Positions 12,550-24,750 of a stretch of 64,000 bases of DNA are shown piece after piece (position 1 is the stretch's first letter; every line of letters begins with the position of its first letter). The position numbers and the translations under genes are program-made. Origin of the DNA: Raillietiella orientalis (taxonomy: Eukaryota); contig JAYWIR010000016.1 of NCBI GenBank assembly GCA_036172245.1, positions 2,852,001 through 2,916,000 of the forward strand, written 5' to 3'. The notes beneath the pieces are model-generated. The model did not search any database. It was not told the DNA's origin and saw nothing but the letters and a program-made list of their open reading frames with translations.

Positions 12550-12960
12550 GCGATCCGCAGCCCCTCACGCGCCTCTCGGCACGCGCTCCGCCCTAAAAAT
12601 AGACCCAGGGACCCCCGTTCTGATGAGCTTCTTCATAAATTAAGGAATTGGCGAGATGAGATGGTACTCTGGCAAGCGGTTGCACTCGAGTATCAAGGAC
12701 GGTTGCCGTTTTGGCACGCGCCAGTGGCACGGGAAGAGGTGTGGCGGAAGCATGTTCTTGGAATGATGCTCGACTGCTTGGCTGCGGAGGAGCGAGAAGG
12801 AAGAAGAGAGGGTTGTGCTTTCCTTTTTTTTTTTTTTTTCCAGCACCTTGACAACCGGACAGATGCGGACTTCTCGATTAGAAGGAAGTCTCTGATCCTC
12901 CAGCTCGGAGGCTGGATCGAGCGAGAAGATCGGAACGGCGGCGTCGAAGCGGCCGACCGA
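12550..12960 (+). mobile_element. Decayed ISL2EU-type transposase fragment
   Basis: LRNWRDEMVLWQAVALEYQGRLPFWHAPVAREEVWRKHVLGMMLDCL is collinear with the pattern YSNYK.HNT.K.LV.ITPQG.ISF.S..GGR.SDKH...SG.LDLL. Confidence 0.4.
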
Positions 12961-15900
12961 AGTCTCGAGTCCAAAGGACGCGCGCTGCGCGAAGGGTCAG
13001 TGACAGGACGGTGGTGAGCGCACCAACGCAGCAACGCTCAAGACGAAGGCGCCGGCTACTGAGCGGCATCCGCTCCCCACTCCGACGTCACCGTGCCGTG
13101 TGGTCCCGACCAACGATCGGGAACGGATCACATACTGAATCACGCCGGCCACCGTGACCTTCCGCCGGTTTCGCTGCGTCGCCCGCCAGGGATGGCACCT
13201 ACCGAACGTGTAAAAGGCGCTTCCGACGGGAACGGTCCCCAGGGAGCGTCCTCCCCAGCCACCTCGCAAACATCAGACGGCAGGGAACCAGGCGAACAGG
13301 CGACCCTGAAACGCAAGGACCCCGATCCGCTCATCTCTGGTCACAAGTTCCAGGTGAAAGCGGAGGTCGAGGTCGCGTCCTTCTGGGAGCCGGCCGACGG
13401 CTTTGGAAGATTCCTGGAGAAGGAAGGCGGGCGAGCGCTGGGGCGGTGGCTGGGAACTCTTCCTCCCAGGGCGACTCTTCTTGCCTCGGGAGGGTGCACA
13501 TTATCGCGGCGCTGATCTTTCGGCGATCCCGCCAGCAATGAGATCAGAAGACCCGGAACCGAAGATCCCGCTGGAGGGAGAGCAGCCGGACGCCCGAGGG
13601 AGAGGAAATGGCCCTCGGCGACTCCTGCTAACATTCGGAAGGGCCGCTGCCCGTGATGGGAGAACCCTCAAGGATCACAGCTCCGTCGTGAGAACGGGTT
13701 AACGAGGACGGTCTAAGATAATGGGAATCTCTCTCCCTCCCTCTCCGATTTGTTTGTTGACCCCATCTTCCCTCCCTCCCTCCCCCCTTCCCGCTGAAAT
13801 GTGGATAAGAATTCCCTCTTCCTAATTTTGCTCATCAGGCGATGATCGTCATTCCGTTCTGTTCCCGGTTTCTTAGGAGTCCACCAGAGAGACAGTGATC
13901 GGGAGGCTGAGCAGAGCAGGGATCTCTTGGTGCACTTCCGTCCCCCCACTCCTCCTCGTCTCGCTCATCCTCCGAGAGAAGGGAGGCATCCTCTTTCCTA
14001 TCGAATGTCTTGGCCGCTCCTCCATCGCCAGAGCTTCCATCCTCTTTCCAATATGGCGGAATTGGGGCCCTGGAAGAGGGCGCCACCGTTTCAGAAAAGA
14101 GGACCTTTCTATCTCCTGCATCTCTAGACCGCCAGGGGAGCGCCGGTCGGCTCGATCGCTCGTCTTCGCTGCCTCCGTGGCTCCTGGAGCTTCCGCTTTG
14201 CTTTTTGTCTTCCTCTGCGCTTTCGCGCGCGCGCGAACGCAGCCGTCTGGCCAATCGGGCGATCCGTGGAGTTCGCGCAGCATCCACGGTGCTCTGACTG
14301 CGTCCCCGGCCACTCTAAGCGAAGGGCCCACAGGTTCCCCCTGCCGACGAACAGTCGGTGGGGAACGACGAACGGAAACCAACAAAAAAAAAAGCTATTT
14401 TTAGTCCCCGAGCCACTTCGAAGGGCAGGAGCTGTCTTTTCTGAAACTTCTCCGGGGATAAAAATACATGCGGAAGCGGCAGCAGCGCCCGGGCAGACAG
14501 GGGAAGTCTGCTTGTCCCGGCGAAGGGATTCATTTGCCCCCCACCCGCTCGCGGGCCTCGGGGGAGGGGCGAGTCAAGAGACCCGCTTGCCGCACCCGCG
14601 GCCACCGCCTCATGTGCAGCCAGGCAACCAGTGCGAGGGGGGGGAGGGCAAAAGCGGAAGGAAAGGGAAAAGGAGCAGGAAGGTCGGGAGGAGCAAGATA
14701 ATCTCCTTGCTTCCTCCTCCTCCTGCTCGCGAGGTCGGTCCTCGACCCAAGACCGCGCGGTTTTCGCGCGAGCCTTGGGCTTCGAAAATAAAAGGGCAGT
14801 TGTCGTCCTCCTCCGCAGTTGCCGGGGAGAACAAGCGCGCGACCTCGGGCCTCCTGCGAAGGACTGTCCCGCTAGCTTCACTCCGGGATGGGGGGGGGAG
14901 GGAGGAGCTCCGGACCCGGCTGCGCGGTCCCGTCGTGACCCGGCAGCCGCTCCCGCCGAAACGAGTGGGAAGGGAAGGAGCTCTGGATCTTGGCGGAAGC
15001 GATCCTGCCTGCCTGCCAGAGCAGCACGCGCCACCTGGGAAGCGGACCTCTGTCGTGGCTCCAGGACGACCTGGCCAACGGGGCTCCGTGCGCCACCGGC
15101 CGTCGCCGGATGGTCAGGAATGAGGAGTGGGGGGAGCACCCGTCCCGGCTAGGCCCACGGGGGAGGGATGCCTTTAGAACCTGCGGGCTCCCGCACATGA
15201 GTGTTCCTCGGCACACACGCACACAAGCGCGTATACTTGCGCACGCTCCCTACCTCCTCCGCAAATGGTGAAGGAAGGCCCTGAGACCCTTCGCTTCCTG
15301 GGATGAGAAAAGACGCCGTCGGTCCGCAGGCACTCTCCTGGCCTGTGTTTCAGAATTCCCGCGATGAGCAGTGAGGCGTCCGGCCAGGGGCCACCGAGTC
15401 CGGGAAACACCTCGCCGCCCCTCAGTCGATCCGAGGGACCCCTCCCGTGCCGCCTGCGAGCACTCGCTTGGGGGAGGCATCGGAGGTGTCCTGAGCCATG
15501 GCAACGGCGGCGCTCTTCCCTCCCGCGCGGGTATGACCCTTACAGGCCGACGAGAGCGCGCTGCCTCCCTAGAGACCTTCCTGTGCCTCCCAGAGACCGG
15601 AGCAGAGAGGCCGGAGGGAGGTCGAAGAGCTGGCGGCATCTCCACAGAGGATCGACGAGGGATGTTCGGGCGACGGTGGAAGACTTCCGAGAGATTCCCG
15701 GAAGCGCCCGGGGAGAGATCTCTCAGAAAGGAAAGGGGAGGTGGCGAAAGCAGCATCCGCATCTGCGCACGCGCTGCCACCGGCGTCTCGCGTACCGGCC
15801 TTGAATATGTCCGCGTGTACGCACATGGATGCCCACGTACACGCAGCCCCGAGTGTCCGAGGATGCGCCAGGTCCCTGTTTCGCGCACGTCGCCTACGGC

Positions 15901-18900
15901 AATGGTCACCACGAGGAGAGCGCTGTGCAGACCGCAGCGCCCTCCTCCTTCTCCGAACTGACCGCGCGTGAAATCACCGCGGGGAGGAAGGTGGTCACCC
16001 GGGAGGACCGCGAGCGGGCCCGGAGGCGGCGCGCCGCTGGAACGAAACGCGTCCCACCCTCAGGTTTCACGGCAACCATCCGAGAGCTTGCGCGCACGCG
16101 CGCAACCTCCTCCTCCCTTCCCTCTCCCCTCGCTCGCGCGCAGCGCGCATCTGCGGGCGGTGCCTTCCCCTCGCAGTTTCGTCTCCCCCCCCTTTCTCTT
16201 TCTATCTCCTGGCAGCGGCGGAGCGCCCGCGCGCCCTGCTGTCGCGGCGATAATCGATCCCTACCCATCTCCCGGGGAAGGCGAGAGGGAAAAAAAACTT
16301 CCCTTTCCCTCGCCCAGCCTTGGACACCGGACCCGTGGGGTTCTCGAGGGAGGCGGGCTCACTCTGCAGCAGCATAGAGCGGCGCAGACTCCGGCGACCA
16401 CGGGAAAGGGACGTTCTTCGGGAGTGGGAGCAAGGGGGCTCGGGGAGCCAGGCGACCTGGGAGAGAGAAAGACCCGAGGGGTACCCTGAAAGACTCGACG
16501 CCTCCCTCCCCCCCCTGGGCGGCTTCCCTCTCATTCGGATAATTTCGGTGGAGGGAGGAGGAGGAGAAGGGGCTCAGGGGAGGAGCCCTTGCTTCCGGAG
16601 GGCGGTTCGGTTTCCTCCAGAGGACCACGAGGCGCCGACCCCTCTCCCACCCCCGTCTCCCAAGTGCGTTCTCTGTCCGAAGACGCGAGAAGAGGACCAT
16701 GGGAGATGCCGCAGCATTGTCCATCCCAGAGCAAGATTGGCTGGACGCTTCTGGGGTAGGAGTGGCGGGCAACCGGACAGCTTCCCTTTCGCGCTCGTCC
16801 GCCCATCACTCCCCTCATGTTGGCCGTGACTTTCCCCTCTTCCCCCCTCTCCTCGCAGGATTGCCTTCTCTGGACAGTGATCCTCCAGAGGAACCTCTGA
16901 ATTAAAAAAAAATAATCCCCGGTGGAGGAGGAGGAGAACCGGACTCGAGGAAGGCAGATCCTGTGAATGGGGAAGGAGAAGGAGGGAGGAGTGTGGCTCC
17001 TCCGGGAGACTTTTTGCGGGTCACGGACCCTCTCCCTCCGACTCCCTCCGGATCGGGGAGGAAAATTCCCCTTGTGGGTGGGGGATGGGGAGGTCGCACT
17101 CCACCCACACCCTCATCCTCCCGACCATGCGACTTTCAGAGGAAGCTGAGCTTTGCTCCACTTCCCTTCCAGCCAGCAACAGGAACGAGGGAGGAGTACA
17201 GGGTTTTTCCCTGATAGATTGACTCTCCCGTGGGCCTCTCCATCAGGCCGCGGCCCCAGGATGATGTCGTTCGCCCTGCTCCACCACTTCCGCAGTGCTG
17301 TGACCTCTTCCCTTAGGTCTCCAAGGGCGTTCGCAGCGTTCCGACGCTCCCTAGGGTCTCGAAAGCGGACCCTTCCCTTTTCTTCTTCCGGCGCGCAACG
17401 GCTCCTCTCTCTCTTCAGCGGAGTTCCTTCCACCCGGGGCACAGGGGAAAGGGAGGCTCGGATCAGCGTTCCTCTTCCTCCTCCTCTCCGCTCGTGCCTG
17501 CGTCCCTTCCGGCCTTCCGTCTCCTCTGGATTCCCCTCCCTTTCCGATGACGGGGATAGGGGTCCCTGCCCACTTTCCTGCGTACAGGAGGTGCCCCGCT
17601 GCCGCGCCCGTTTTCTTGACCCGACGTCCGTTCCCTCTATTGCAGCCTCCTCTGTCCCCTCACCCTTTTTCTCCCCTCCTCTTTCCCAAGGATCCGTCCT
17701 TCCCTCCTCCTCTTGCTCCTTCCCTGCGGGTGCTTGGGCGAGTGCCTGCCGCTGCTGACCTGCAGCTGGGGCGTCCGTGGTTCGTGGAGGTTCCGGTGAG
17801 GAGATTCAAGGAGAAGTCGCCTCCGCCGTTGCTCCCCAGCCAGGTAGATGACTGGTCTCCTCAGGTCTCCTGTGGAGGTTCACGAATGGGAAATCGCTCT
17901 GGGAAGGCCGCAGGCAAAAACCCAAGGCAGGGGAAGGGGAGGGTGGAGGGAAGGATGATTGGTTGAGGGAGCATGGGATTCCCTCTCTAGAAACCTCGCG
18001 AAGTCCCTGACAAGGATCCCGCCGCTCCCGGCAAGGACGTTGGGCGTTGAGCCGGATTCCAGCAAGATCATCATTTAATGCCGGGTGAGCCAACCCTACC
18101 CCGCGTCCCTTCCTTCTCCTCTCCCCCCTCAACGGGAAAAGCTCAGTCGAATAACTCGTTAACGGAACCCCGCCCTGCTCCCATGGGGTACCTCCTGGGC
18201 TCCACCGTATCACTCCTTTCCTTACTGCAGGTGCGAACAGGGAGGGCAAACAGTAAGGGTTTGGGATGGGACAAGGGGATGGTGGGCAGACTTCTGGGCA
18301 AAGAGGCCGCCTTTTCTTCTGGAAGGGGAGCTTTGAGAGGCCTTCGTAAGGGAAGGGCCACCGGCCAGCTGCGCGGAATCCGGTGCCGCCGCCCTACAAG
18401 GCATTCCCGGGGGAACGAGGACCAGGGAGAGAAAGGAAATCCCTTCCTTGGCGTTGCGTCGCGGTTGTCCTTCTTAGCACCCTTCCTCCTCCTCCGCAGA
18501 TCGTCCTGGAAACGAGGAAGGTTATGCTTTTCCCTTCCGAGAGCGGGGGAGGCGCCGATGACCCTCGCCCTCCCCCCTCCCCTCTTCCTGCGTGCACTCA
18601 TCCTCGTCGGATCCCCCCATTCCCTCCAGTGTCCTCCTCGCTACTGCCGCACGGGAGGACGGGAGGTCCAGGTAGACGGCGCCGACAGGGGCATCGGAGC
18701 AGACGCGGGATGGACCGCGTGGAGAGGTCGCTCGGGAAACCCCTCGTGAGTTTGAGAAGGATACGCGACGGCCCTTGAAAGTGCGCCCTGCTCTTTCCGC
18801 AGGTTTCGGGGTGGCGCCACTGAGAGGGAGAGGAGCCCAAACGGGCGCACGCGCGACAGTGAACAACCAGCCCTCGCAGGGGGGTAGGAGGGGAACTGCG

Positions 18901-19147
18901 TGGGGCACGTTCCGGAGGCGAAGGGGAGTTTGCGCGTCCCGCAGGACGCCTTCTGGAGCGGTGGAGGACTCGCTCTCCCGCCCTTCCCCCCACGTGTCCC
19001 CAGCAGGACCAGGGAAGGGGAAGGTGCGGTCGCGCGCGCGTCCTGCCAATCGGCGTCGGCAAGCGGAGCGTCCGTCCGTGCGCGGCGGCGGCGGCCGGAC
19101 TGCGCCCAGCCGCGCGCGCTGCACCGCGCCGCCGCTTCGCGCGCCCT

Positions 19148-19362
19148 CCAGTCGCCTCCGCCGGTGTGCTGCTGCGGATGCGACGAGTCTTCCTCCGCCG
19201 CCGCCGCGGCTGACACGTTCCTCCGCTCTTCGCGTTCGTGCGCGCGTGCTCCGCTCCTCGGGTTGCGGCTGCTGCGACTCTTCCGGACGGGAGAGGTTTC
19301 CCCGGGAGAAGGACACAGGGAGGGCGCACCCCGGCGTCCCGCAGCTTCTTCTTCCGGTGAGT
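19148..19362 (+). promoter_or_regulatory. Candidate CpG-rich promoter and non-coding first exon ending at a strong donor (CCG|GTGAGT, 19357)
   Basis: Inr-like CCAGTC at about 19148 within GCGC/CCG-rich DNA, a consensus donor, then a pyrimidine-rich intron start. No useful ORF. Confidence 0.45.
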
Positions 19363-22300
19363 TCGTTCATTCCTTCCTCTCTTCTTTTGTTTTTTTTTTT
19401 TGTTTCTTGGCTTCTTCTCCTCCTCCTCCTCCTCCTTATCTGGCGCTTTCCTCTACCGTTTCCCCCCTTCCCTGTCTTCCACCCTCCCCCTCCTGAGGAG
19501 CTGCCGCTCTTTCGGAATGAGCGCGCGCGTTTGACGAGCGCCTCCGCGGCCGCCCCCGCCGTGCGTGCCGGCGCGCATCGCCTGGCTGCGGGAAGCGAGG
19601 CCAGCGGGAACACAGGCGCGCTCTCAGGTACGGGAAGCACAGGGTTGCGCGGGGAGGAATTCCCCGGAGGAAGGGGAGGCGGCAGCTGGGAGGAGGCGCG
19701 CTCTTCCCTGCCCCTCAGGGGTTCGGGGAGTCAGAGGAAATCCGGGAAAGGTTCTCCCTCTTTCTCGTTCCTCCTCCCCTAGCTGCCTCAGCGGGCGAGT
19801 CCCACTCGGCAGCGCGCGGGTCTACACCCGTCCCGCACTTGACCGCCACCGTCGCCTCCAGGAGAGGTGGGTCTCCTCCTCGCCACAGGGGGGGAGAAGA
19901 CCAGGAAGGAAGTCGGCTCTGAGGGCGCAAGCAACGTGGTACTGGCGGCGCTCCAGGCTATGGCACGGCAATCTTCCTCCAAAGGAAGGGGAGGGAGAAG
20001 CTCTTAGCTTTGCGAGGTCTTTTCTCACCTTCGGGAAGGTCCAGTCGCGCAGAAGCCGGCCACTAGTACGACCGGCCCTTTCCGAAGGTGACCCACCGCC
20101 GGTGCCCTCCTTGTTTCCATAGAGTTATTCCTGGGGGGGGATCAGAAATCCCTCCCAGAGTCCTTCCTCTCTCCCGCCGTCGTCCAGGGGCGGCATCCGT
20201 GCGGGTCTTCCCTCCTCCCTCGGCGCTTCCGAGTGCAGACCGGCCCTCCCCTCGGGGTCTCCGTTCGGGAAGGCCACCGGCACGTGCGGTCTTCGAGGTC
20301 ATGAAAAGGAAGAGGAGGAGGGGGCAAGGGTCACGAACACATGCTGCAGCCCGCTTCGAAGGGAGCGGGTCCTGCAAACGTCTCCGGAGATTCCTGGAGA
20401 AATGGGCCCTCCACGGCTGGTCTTTCTGACAGTGGAAAGTCTGGCGCCCGGGAAGAGCGACCGGGAAACGTGGTCTGCGGTCTCGCCGGGTGCTCCCTCC
20501 CCCATCCCTTCCTCCCGGCGCGGACCTCAGTGCAGGGGAACGGAGGCGACCTCACAAGAAGCCCTCCCTTGCTGCGATCGCCTCTTCGCTCCTTCCTCCG
20601 GGAGCCACTGCGCCACCCTCTGGAAAGGGTGGCGCACGGCCAAGCTGGAGGGGCCATCCCGGAGCGCTCGTGGAGAGCATGCCGCGCTGGTTTCGCTCTC
20701 TTCCTAGGAGTCTCCCATTCCTCGTACCCCGGAGCGGGGAGAGGGGCCGCTGCGCACCTTTCTACCCCTCCTCTCCCGCGGGCAGCGCGCCTCCCCCCCC
20801 CCCATCCCTTCCGAGGAGGTGTCTGGAGGATCGCAGTCCCCTCCCTCTGCTCCTTCTCTTTCCTGAATCACCATGCCCTGAAGCCCGCCCAGTTTCGAGT
20901 CCCGAGCGCGCCCACCCCCGGAAGGTGGCAGCCTCCTGCGAGGACTAGTAATGAAGTCCTTGCGGGGGGTGCGGGAGGGAAGGAGGAGTCGGTGTCCGAT
21001 CGCTTCCCTGTCTTCCCGCGCCTTCTTTCTCTGCCCTCCTCTCCCAGCAAGAGGAGGATGCTTGGGAGCATCCAGACCCGGAGATCTACGGCGAGTGCAC
21101 TTCTGAGAAGGAAGAAGAGAAACCGGAAACACCTTTCTCCTCTCGAGGGGACGAGGGGGGGGGAGGAAGGAAGATCTCCCTCTGGGACCGGAGAAACGTC
21201 CCCACGGAAACGATCGCTTAAAGCTGCACTGAGAGAGGTCCTTATTGAGCATCCCCCGACCGCGTATAGATTTCCCGCGCAGGAGAGAATCCCTTCTCGA
21301 TGACCCACAGATCTAGCCGGACCCCCCATCCCCTGCATTCTTAGTTCTTTCGAGAGAAGGGGGAGTAGGGGAGATCAGGACATGGGAAGGAAGCGAAGGA
21401 GGCGCAAGGGCCAGCTTCCGCTTTTCCAGGGCACAGCCTCGGGGTCTCTTCCCGTCCGTCTCCTTTCGGAAGGTTTCCCGGGAGAGACTCCCGTCCGGCC
21501 GCCATCCGCACAGGGTCTCCCTTCTCGACGGGCATCCGCCAGGTGGCGCGGCTCCAAGAAACGAGGAGCGCCCGGAAGCGTCTGCTTTCCTTTAGGTATG
21601 CCGGGAGTGTCCCTGCCCTCCTCCCGCCCACCAGGGCACGGGAGCGAGCACCTCTCTTTCCCAAGAGCTGTCCCACTGGATGAGTGCACCCACGCGTCGG
21701 TCTCCTTTCCGTTCCCTCCCGAGCGGCGGTTCGCCATCCGCCGACAAAAACCCTCTTTGCGCTGGCACCGACCCGCCCGCGTCAAGCTCGCGCCCGTATA
21801 AACACGCCGTGGGTCTTTTCCCTGCTTCCCCCCTTCCCTTCGCCTTTTTCCGAGCGGGAAGACGAGCTGCCGCGAGCGCCCCGCCTCCCCCAACGCGCCT
21901 TCGCTTGTCCTCCCGCAGCGAGCGCTCGTCGTGAGCGAAGACGGAAACTCTCAAGGCAGGCCGCAAGCCCTCCTTCTGCTCCCCGTTCCCCCTTTCCCTG
22001 CCCTTCCCCCTTCTGCCTTGCCCTGCAGGCCGCCGTCGGAGAGCGGGACGCGGGGCAGGGGATTTCAGCCCCTCTGTTCCTGAGAGGCCACGCGGTCTCT
22101 AAGGGTTGGGGGAGGAATCGAGAACGTGCGGGCGGGGCGCGCGCGCCGTCCCTTCGGGAAGGGGATCTGCGGAAAAAGTCGCCTCCCGGCCGGCGGCAAG
22201 GGAAACTCTCCAGGCGGCGGTCCGTTTTTCCCGCTCACACCCTGCCAGGTCATCCCGCTTCCGACACGGCGAGCCGCGGCGGCGCCCTCGGTTTCCTTCT

Positions 22301-22665
22301 AGAGGCCCGCGGCGTTTTCCCCGTGCTCCCGGGTGGACGCTACTGCGCGGAGTTCGTTGCCATCGAGACGGGGTTCTCGAACGTCTTGCGAAAGGCGGGC
22401 CTCACCGGCGGTCAACTCGCAGCCACCATCCCCACCGCCAACATACCGCCGCCGCAGCGGACGAGCCAACACCGCGATCGTGGAAAGAGAGAGAAGAAGA
22501 AGAAAAAAAAAAAAAAAAAAGAAAGAAAGAAAGAAAGAAAAGGAAAGAAAGAAGCGAAACCTCGTTACGGGCGACTCCGAGAGTTCGTGATGTTTGCTTT
22601 CAGAGTTGCTGCTGCTGCTGTCGCCGCCGCCGCGCGTATCCGAGCCGCACTATGCAAATCCTATC

Positions 22666-22668
<3 letters not shown>

Positions 22669-22717
<49 letters not shown>

Positions 22718-22718
22718 C
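22669..22718. repeat. Compound microsatellite, (TC)17 followed by (GC)8
   Basis: Read directly. An A/AAAG purine tract lies at about 22485-22555 and an ATGCAAAT octamer at 22652-22659. Confidence 0.95.
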
Positions 22719-23899
22719 TACCCCTCCTCCCCCTTTCGATCGAATCGCCCCTCCCCGATTTCAAAGAAGGCGGGCGGACAAACAGGCAGAGCGCGCGCGA
22801 GGCAAAGCGGGACGGGCAGAACGGACCCGCCGGCAACTCCCGTCTCCCCGGTCGCGCGGGCGGACGCACGCGCTCCCCACATGCCAACAGGTCCCGCGGA
22901 ACGTTTCCCCCTGCCCCACCCCCCCAGCCCTCCTCCTCCCGGAGCAAAGAGCGTCGTCGAGGAACGGCCCCGCGCATCCACGCGTTTCTCATCGCGTATG
23001 CATGAAATCCACCGAAAGGCACGTCACGATGACACGACGTGCGCGCGCCTCGCTCGCGCGCGCGCGCGTGTGCTCGGGAAGCTCCTCCTGAAAACTGCAC
23101 CACTCCGGGCAGTTCCTGCTTTTCGGCAGCCGCGTTCTTGTTCGGCTCCTTTCTCCGAGGCTGCGGAGGTTTCCGCAGCTCGATAAATGGCTCGTTCGGT
23201 CCTCGCATCACGACGGCAATGCTTCATCCATCCAGCCTGGGAAATCTCGCCTTTCTCCTCCTCCACCTTTGCGGCAGCACGCACGCGTGCGTCCCGGAGC
23301 CGCTTCGGGCTTTTGGCGCCCCGGCGGCACCAGTGCGGCGCTTTGCCCTTTTTCGCGGGTCCCCTTCGCTTGGCGAGCGGGTAAAGGGGGGTTTCCGGTG
23401 CCCGGGACGGGCTCCCCCTTTGACTTTGCGTGCCCGCCCCTAGCACCCTCCCCGCGTGCGTTCCCCCTCGCCTGAACTTGGGTGGGGCTGGAGAGTCGGC
23501 CAGCGCAAGAACAAGAAGAGATCACATCCACGCGAGACGCCTTTCCGAAAACTTCCGTTCCCTGCAAAAAGGAAAACCGCCTCGCGGGAATAAGCAGCAC
23601 GTCGCTTCCTCTTGACCGGAGGAGCTGTCATGGCGCCCGGCGGCAGCGGGCAGCTGGAGCATTGCGGCGAGAAGCGGGCATCTCCGCTACTCGGTACAGG
23701 GTTGAATTTGAATTTTACATCTGGCAAACAGGGGGGGGGGGGGGGGGAGAAAGAAAGCTTCTGTCGCTGAGAGAGCATCCATCTTCCGCTCCGCCGAGAT
23801 CCGTTTCGTCACTGTTCGCACAAGGCGCCACGAGGCAATCTGACCCGCATTGTTGCGCGGAGGGTCGCCGGGGCGCGCGCGCGCGAAAGTTCACCCCGC

Positions 23900-24750
23900 G
23901 TAAGAAGAAGAAGAGAAAACCGAAGCTGCGAGCGATGTTTATTCACGTGAAATCGAATTGCTTTCCGCCGACTCTATCAGATTCATTGCGATTTCCGATA
24001 AATCACCCACGCGACGGCCGGCGTGGAGACCCACGACGTGCAGACGCGACTCATTCCGATTGCTGGTGGTGGTGGCTAATAATTCTTTCAGACTTTGCGA
24101 AACAGCCTAATGAAAAAAAGATTCAATTGTCACCTGGGTTACGTGAAGCGTGCTTGAATTATGCCCTGTGAGTAGGGGGAGAGAGGGCTCCCGCAGAAGG
24201 TAAGCAGCTGAAATTGAGGGACGCCCGGAAAAAAGCAACCGAGTATTGTGACAGTCCCTCAAAGTGACGACGGCATTCCCTTCCCCCTCCGGCGCGTGCG
24301 CGCGGGTTCCTTCCGCCGCCAGCTGCTGATGCGCGAGGCGGCCGCCCCGAGGGGGCACCCGGGCCGTCTCGGCAGCACCTGTTGTGACGAGCATAGTTAT
24401 GGGTTCCCCTGAAGATAAATCTTGTAGGAAAGAAGGTGCTAATGATCGGGACGAACCGACTGGGGGATCCCGAAAGAGGAGGGGCGGGGGGCTCGGGACT
24501 CCCTGCTTTTCATCGGCGTTTTCCTGTTTCCGGGAAACGGACGGATGCTGAGGATTCGGTTGAAGCAAGGACAAGCTTTGCGAAAGTTATTCGAGGATTG
24601 GGAAGCGGAGAAGGTGAAGGGAGGGTGGTGTAAGATGGTTTTTGGACCGTGAGAAAGTGGAGTTTCGATTCCTGTCACGTGAGCCAGCGCAACTACGGAA
24701 CCGTACGACAGCAGCAACAAAAAGAAGATAAATGGCGCAGGCGACGTGTT
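23900..24750. mobile_element. Two convergent decayed ISL2EU-type transposase fragments (+ about 23900-24300; - about 24400-24750)
   Basis: Plus: KSNCFPPTLSDSLRFPINHP and LIILSDFAKQPNEKKIQLSPGL. Minus: VVALAHVTGIETPLSH...FTFSASQSSNNFRK, resembling VIIDCTEI.IETPSS..TFSSYKS.NTFK. Confidence 0.4.

Noticed and set aside
10985..23186. Long ORFs in the GC-rich block (e.g. 10985-12004, 12001-13017, 18522-19640, 21684-23186)
   Set aside because: Low-complexity R/P/S/G-rich translations that overlap in many frames, run through microsatellites and show no domain. These are expected by chance at high GC.
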